In this document: piece by piece, positions 57,377 to 64,000 of the stretch
How the letters are laid out: every line of letters begins with the position of its first letter
How positions within the stretch are numbered: the first letter of the stretch is position 1
DNA from: Balamuthia mandrillaris
Taxonomy: Eukaryota
DNA length: 64,000 bases
Direction of reading: 5' to 3'
NCBI GenBank assembly: GCA_031835245.2
Contig: JAVKOQ020000003.1
Span: 1 to 64,000, forward strand
Notes under the pieces: generated by a model
Databases searched by the model: none
Seen by the model: only the letters and a program-made list of their open reading frames with translations
What the model was told of the DNA's origin: nothing
Made by a program: the position numbers and the translations under genes

Positions 57377-58470
57377 TCACCCTGTCCGCGTAGCTCCCTC
57401 CAGCGTGTGTATTAACTGTTGCTTTTTGCCTTCTACCTGGTCGGACCGCATGAAGGCCACCAACACAGGGAGCATTTTCTGCATCTGCTCTCGTTCGTGC
57501 TTGCGAAAGAGCTCGATAAACTCGCGACACCGCATTTGACACAGCTCTTGAATGATGACTGGTCCTTCTCCCACTATCCATCTTCTCAGCTCTGGAAACA
57601 CTAGCAATACTTCTTTCATCTTCGCTCGTTGTATCTTCCTTCCAACATTTGTCTTAACTTTGCATTAACGCCATCATACACTCTTGCTTCTGTACTTCCC
57701 AGTGTTGGCGCACGTCATGGGTGAACAGTGTGCGATGCAGCAGATGAGAGACAGAGAGTTCCTCCGATGGTAAGACAGGATGAAAGAGATACAGCCCAAA
57801 AGCACAAGACGCCGTCAGATCGCAGTTGACGACGAGTGGAATGCCTGCCTGATGAAGCAATTCGAAGACATCCTTTGCAAGTGCCCGGTGCAAACTGTCC
57901 TGTTGCGCAAACTTGGTGATGGTGTCCCAGAACCGCAGCTGTTCATGATTCCTTGGTGCCTTTTCTTCTCCTTCTCTCTCCACGGTCTTCTCTTCATCAC
58001 CTCGTTCTTCTTTGTTTTCTTCGTTTGTTGCGAGTTCCACCGTGATACGGCTTTCCTGCACTCCATCTCGGCGTGCTCCGCAGCGCACACGAGCTCCGTC
58101 CAACCACAAAGTAAGCCATGGTTGTGGCTAGTGTGTTGAATGGCAAGAACGCGCTAAAGGCGGAGGTGGAGTGGCTGTTTGTCTCGAAGAGTTGTCAGTT
58201 GAAGGCTCCTCGCTCCAACCGACTCCACACTCGATGCCTCAGTTAGTCGAAAGCTTGTTGGTGCCGGTGGGCGATGTGCTGATGGACAAGTCGGTATTGC
58301 TTGCAAACCAGTTTGACGGCAGGAGCAACGCCTCCACAGATACCAGGACGACCCGTCGTCGTAGAGCAGCTCCTCTGGATGGGAGCGTCTCCGTCGCTCA
58401 TTCTAAACAGAGGGTTGCGGCCTTCCTGCCAAGAAGGTCGGTGTTGTCCAAGACTTCATGTCCATGGCGG
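57377..58470 (-). pseudogene. Degenerate tandem paralog of 55648-57168
   Basis: EVLDNTDLL, KLVCKQ, AGIPL..NC...FG.YLFHP and WIV.E.PVIIQELC.MRCRE...FMRSDQV are shared, but split over several frames. Confidence 0.78.
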
Positions 58471-59048
58471 CTCTTGGCTCTTTTTGCTTCACGTTCTACC
58501 TCCCCCAAGGGCTTTGACAAAAGCCAAAGACCTTCAGCTAACGCTTCCTCTGGCCTTTTCTCAAACGGAAGGGCACCCATCGTCACACCGTTACTCCCAT
58601 TCCGACACTTGGTCATAACTTTTCGTGTCGTCCCGAAGCCAGCATGTAACCCTCACCCGGCTGTGCACGTATTGTGGCCATTTTGTTCTGGTACACCTGA
58701 TCTCGTGGACAACCTTTGCAGCAAATGTCGTACGTTTGTGCACAGAAATGTCTACAACAATTAAAAAAAAAAGAAAGCAAACAACGAAGAGAGTGGTGGG
58801 CCTTTGCTTTACGCTTTTGTTGTGTTGGAGTGACCAAGGCCTTTTGTCTAGATTTGAACTTCTTTATTTTTGTTGCGGTACTAAAGTTTTGGCCGCTTCC
58901 TTTCCCCCCCAAAATATCTTACTCACGCCCCTCCCCCCTCTCCTCATCTTCTCCTTTGGGGTGTGTTCTGTGTGTGTATGCGGATTTTCTTATTCTTTTT
59001 TTTATTTCTTTGGTTTCTTTCAAGCGAGCACGCAACCGGGAAGCAAAA

Positions 59049-59235
59049 ATGTATGGACATGGAGGCAGCTCGTCGGGAGGCAATCAACAACGTCGCTCCA
59101 CTGCTTCCTCCCACAACAGAGCTGCCTATCAGCCGGGCGTTGGTCCCATGCAACCCACCAACGATGGTATCATTCCCTTTCACTCCTCTCTCCTTCATCT
59201 CCTTCTTCTCCTTCCGTTCTCTCCCTCCCTCCCTC

Positions 59236-59292
<57 letters not shown>

Positions 59293-62200
59293 TCTTCTCT
59301 TCTCTTCTCTGCTTTTCTCTCTGCTTCCTTACATTGTTTCTCGACGTACAGGCATGCAGCAACAACCACCGCAACAGCAACGAAGAGCACAATCGCATGG
59401 AAGAGCTCCAGCATCGAGCTTCGGGCCTGGCTTTCGTCCCAGTAGTGGTAGAGCCTCTGCCTCGCAGCACGGCCAACGAGGCTCCTCAGCTGGAGCTTCA
59501 GCTGTTCAATCTCTCTCTGGTGTTGGACAGGCCCCTCCACCTTCTCTCCCTCACTTGGCCTCCAACATGCCTTCTTCTTCTGCTTCTCGCATGTCTTCCT
59601 CCGCTTCGTACCATCACTCTGCTCGAGGGTATCTTTCACTTTCTTCGTCATCTGTGTGCGCAAAAACTGGACATCTCTTTTCTCTCTTTGTTTTATTCTG
59701 TCCATTTATTTACTTCGAATCCTTTATCTCTCATAGTCAACCCAGTGTACAACACGGTATGCCATACGTGGCCCCGATGCCTTACGTGCTGCCAACCCCC
59801 ATCGGCAGAAAAGTCCTCAATGAGCGGCTGAGCGTGGCCGACTTTTATCCAGTAGAAACGGTATCTGTGGGACGAGGCGGCATCATCCTTGGCAGACATG
59901 ACGTTACCACAAGTACTCAGCCTACTCCAGAGGAAGAGCTCAACATTCTCAACATTCACAACGGCTATCGAGAACCGCTATCCTTGGAGGTACGTCATTC
60001 GCTCACATTTGTTCATCTCCATTTTGACGCTCATCTTCTTTACTTCTTCGTGTGCTTGCTGCTGATCCCAACTGGATGCAATACAGAATGAATATGGATC
60101 TATGCGAACTTTTCCGCTATTTCTACCGGCACCATTATCTCCACAAGAAGAACAATTGCAAAGCCTTAAAGAAGAGAATGGAAATAACAAAAGAGAACAA
60201 AACGAAGCCCAGTTTGCTGATAGGCCAAAAGTTCGGCATGCAGTTGGAAGACAGGCCATGCTGCAAGTTGTAAGCGAAATTGCATGGATGATGAAGTGTC
60301 GCGTTGATGACAAAGACGTAGTTTTCTTTTCTACTCTTATTTGATGTTATATTGTTTCTCTCTTCTGACACTTGTTGCATTTCTAGTATCAAGCTTTCCA
60401 CACCCTTCGTAAACGACGAGGCAAAGCCTCTTCCGTTCAACGAGTCATGAGCGGCAAACCCTCTTTTCCTGAGCTACGGCCTGTTGGCAAGGCCAAGGAA
60501 CAGTGGATTCATAACCTTGCTGGCTCTGATCCGTTGCACTTACTCATTAACTCTGTTCCACATGGGTATCTCTCTTCTCCTGCCCGCGTTCTCTCTTATC
60601 TCTCTTTGCATTTTTTTAAAAAAAATGATGTAATCCCTTTCGTTGTTGAAAAGATATCGTAACGTGCAGCTTCTGGATGCTTTGGTGAGGTTTAGAGTGC
60701 CTTTGTTGCGAGCAACGTGGTATATCAAAGTCGTTCAACTCAACAACAAATACAAAGCCACCAGTTCTAAGGTTTATTTTTATTCTCTCAGTTGGTTTGT
60801 TTTCCTTGTTTAACTTTCTTTTTAACTTCTTATAATTACATTAGCGAAACCGACCACCAAGTCCGCCAGATGATTGGACAGAAACCCTCATTAAGTTTCT
60901 TTATGCGCACCTGAAAACCCCTCTGCGGCTGACTACTGTCAATCCCGCCGATGGCAAAGTGGTTGCCAAGCCAGCAGACAAAACCAAAATCAAGGAATTG
61001 ATGGAACGATTTGGAGAGATCAGTCAAGAGAGTGGTGGAAATAATGGTTATCTCAGTGACGCCTTCAAAGCAATGGTGAAGAACGAAGAGGTGGAGGCGC
61101 TTGCATTTTATGACAAGTTAATGTACATTCTACGACTCATTCATTGGAACTATGAAGAGGTTCAATTTTTTACCCGCTCTTCGCTATTATGCTTATACAA
61201 TACTAACTATTGTCATCTACTGTTTGGCAGCATTTGCTCAATCGGAAGATGTTTTTGGACAGCCTTGTAGATAAACTTTTGGAGCTTCACACGGTGGAGA
61301 CGAATACCCTTCTTTTATCCATAGTCACTGAATACTTACAAGACATTTGCGAGTGTAAGACTCGCTTCCACAAATTGCTCAATTATTGCGTTGTAACAAC
61401 CTATAAGGTGACCCTATTTTTTCTGTTTCTCTCTTGTTCTTCTTCTTGTTCTTGTTCTTCTTCTTCTTGTTTCAGTTGCCGCTTCATGCTTATTTTATGT
61501 AAAAACAGCTTTTAGAGGCGGGAGCTTCGCCGAGAGCGCGATGGAGAGCTTCGAGTCAAAATTATCTCTTTCGTAGTCTCTGCAATATTCTTCGTTATGC
61601 CATTCAGATTACGCCTCCACCACACATCCCATTTATCGAAGATCAACTTGCAGCTTGCATCGCCTTACAAAAGAGAAAACGGTTGGAGGATCCTTCTCTC
61701 CTCTCCTTTGCTCACTCCCTCTTTTCCAAGAAAAACGTATGTACCTTTGTGAACATTTGGGTTTATGGAGTGATGTAACTAATATTGATGACAAGTGCGC
61801 AAAACTTGTGGAGCTGAAGAAAGAAGCACGGAGGCGACAACGAGAATGGGTACTTCCCATTGCCACCCCTTTGGACACAAGTATGGCTTCTGTTGTACAG
61901 GTAATGATCTCTCTCTCTCTCTCTTGTATCTCTCATTTGTTAACCTAATTGTTGTATGTTTTAAAAAGGCGTTGGATAACTTTGAAGCAACAGAAAAAGG
62001 AGATATGGATTTGCTGTTTGCCAATCTATTTCCACATTTATCTTCACCAACTACCCTCATTACCGCAAAACGAACAAACATCACCAAAACGGAAGATGAG
62101 CAACAAGAAGCTTTGGCCGTTGGTGAAGATGGGGCTTGGTGGCCACTGCAACAACCATTGCTAGCCACACAAGCAACAGAAGACTCTTCCTCTTCATCTC

Positions 62201-64000
62201 TCTTCTCATCTTCAAGAAGCGGAAAGAAAAGACCATTCGCAGAGACTTCATCATCCTCCGAAGGTAGTTCAACAGTATCAGCATCAACAACGAGGAATGA
62301 GGATCAAACAGAAGAAAAACGAGAAGACACAGACGAAGAGGAAGAGGAGGAGGAAGAAGGCGGTGAAAACGAAGATGATCAAGTACAGCTTGCAAAACAA
62401 ACAGTGGAACGGAGTAAAGATGTCCTAAAGACACTCTGTGAATGGGCCATCACTAAACATCGCCGAACGAATCTATGTCGAACTTTTGTTACTGTTTCTC
62501 TGATTCGCCGTTATGTACAGATTGTAAAAGTGCGTACTCTTCATATTCTATATTTTTCTAAAGTTGTTTTGCTTTCTCAATACTCTAGCTTTATTTACTT
62601 ACTTTTACACCTGTTCTCAAACTGCATATAACAGAAAACTACTTCTAAAAGCGAACAAGAGAATGATGTAGATCTTCAATCCTTATTCACTTCGTTATTG
62701 TCGATTCCAAGAACGAAAGAAGGTATCTTTATCTTTTGCCTTAAAGCACAAACGAATTCCTTTGTTTAACAAACAAAAAAAAATATAAACAGAACAAATA
62801 GAAACTGTTCGACTTTTTGCGGAACTAATTCGGCACAAACTTTTCTCTCATGATGCATATGTTCGATACCACATTTCCTCTGGAACCCTTTTTCTCTCCT
62901 CTGTTGGAACTGAGGTACGAAGTGTTCTCATTCTTTGATTTTTCTCATTCTCATTCTCTTGTATTCTTCTTTTTCTCTAGCAGAATCAGATAGCGGCGCA
63001 GCAGCGGTGGTATTTGCAACAATTGCCTCTTCCGAGCTCTCACAAGAGAGAACACAACCAACGACGTGCAGTGTTACGGACTCTTCCTGATAACGGCGTA
63101 CGTTTTTTTTTTTGTGTTTCGTAAGTTTCTTTTATTTAACTCAGCGAGGTGTTTTCTTATTTTTTTTAAAGTGGCTAGATGAAGAACAGACGCTGAATAA
63201 GCTACTGACTCGTCTTTCACAATTCTTTACCCGACTCCACCAACAGTATGACCAATCATCAGCCTCTTCTTCTCTTTTTCCTTTTCAATTTCCCTTTTAT
63301 CCTTCTTCCTCTTTGTCTGAAACATCGTCGATCGATGACAAAGCAAGTCTCTCGTTGGCGACTTATTGGGATTACGCTCCCAGAATAAGTTCTCCAAAAA
63401 TGACGAACAGAGTGTTCTGCTTTGCTCCTCCTTTTTCTCCTTCTATCGGGCAACCAACCAGCAACAAGCTAGAGGAAGATAGTGCAGACGAATATGGCAA
63501 AGAGATGAAAGCGTCATTGAGCGAAACGCTGGCTCACATCATGGCCAATGTGAATTCAAACAAGTGCTCACGCTATTGTCAGTCCTTCCTAAACGAGTGG
63601 CTTTGTAGTTGTGTGGAAAAATGTTTTCCTCCGTTTTTGATCTCTCCTGAGTACGGGCCGCTTTCGCTTCTTCCTTGTCTTTCTTAAAATCTCTTGCTCA
63701 TCCGCATTTTGTGATGTTTTTTTTTTTTGGTTGTTGTTGTTGTAACATTTATGTATCTACTCTGTACTTTTCGAATATGTATAGGAATACCTACCAGTGC
63801 ACAGCAGAGGAACTACAAACAGTGTTCTTAATTCTTTGCTGGACAAAGGATTATTATTCTGTTGCAGCTCTCTACTTTGTGGTCCTGCGTTCCGCTTCTC
63901 CTGCTCTACTACTCACGCTTCTTCATGTTGCTTATGAGGTTTGCTATTGTTTCTCTATCTTATTGAGCGTTCGTTTCTATTCTCGGTGCTTCTATGTTCC
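59049..64000 (+). CDS. MED12: Mediator subunit 12-like, multi-exon, continues beyond the window
   Basis: DFYP...PEEEL...NGY; WIHNLAG..PL..L..SVPHG...LLDAL...VPLLRATWYIKV (Med12 domain); LCEWAIT..R; LFAELIRH.LFSHDAY. Confidence 0.85.

Noticed and set aside
58625..60091. 488-aa ORF as an independent gene
   Set aside because: Read-through across MED12 exons and stop-free introns.

Overview
Eukaryotic, intron-rich genomic DNA: short GT-AG introns with (CT)n tracts and TTAGGG-type telomeric repeats. Gene content suggests a free-living amoebozoan such as Balamuthia (inference only). The first ~17 kb is a nest of decayed mobile elements; the remaining ~47 kb is gene-dense. Identified genes include a sirtuin, a GT25 glycosyltransferase, a vWA/CPRAS-like protein, two kelch proteins, CENP-X, adenylosuccinate synthetase, F-box proteins, a C2/SH3 protein, bacterial-type IleRS, an ankyrin-EDR1 kinase, a BAHD acyltransferase and MED12. 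The most striking feature is a family of intron-containing tyrosine-recombinase (Crypton-like) elements whose recombinase is fused to a C-terminal TRF/telobox-like Myb domain. Two divergent coding copies and a third terminus all end at the same motif, TAGGTT..GAGTACYCGCCCCTAA. In copy 1 that terminus is triplicated and interleaved with (CCCTAA)n repeats, which suggests a telomere-repeat-associated YR transposon. The nest also holds chromodomain Ty3/gypsy, gag-only and copia remnants, and a full-length MULE (long TIRs, 9-bp TSD) that splits an F-box/ankyrin-like gene exactly within its F-box.
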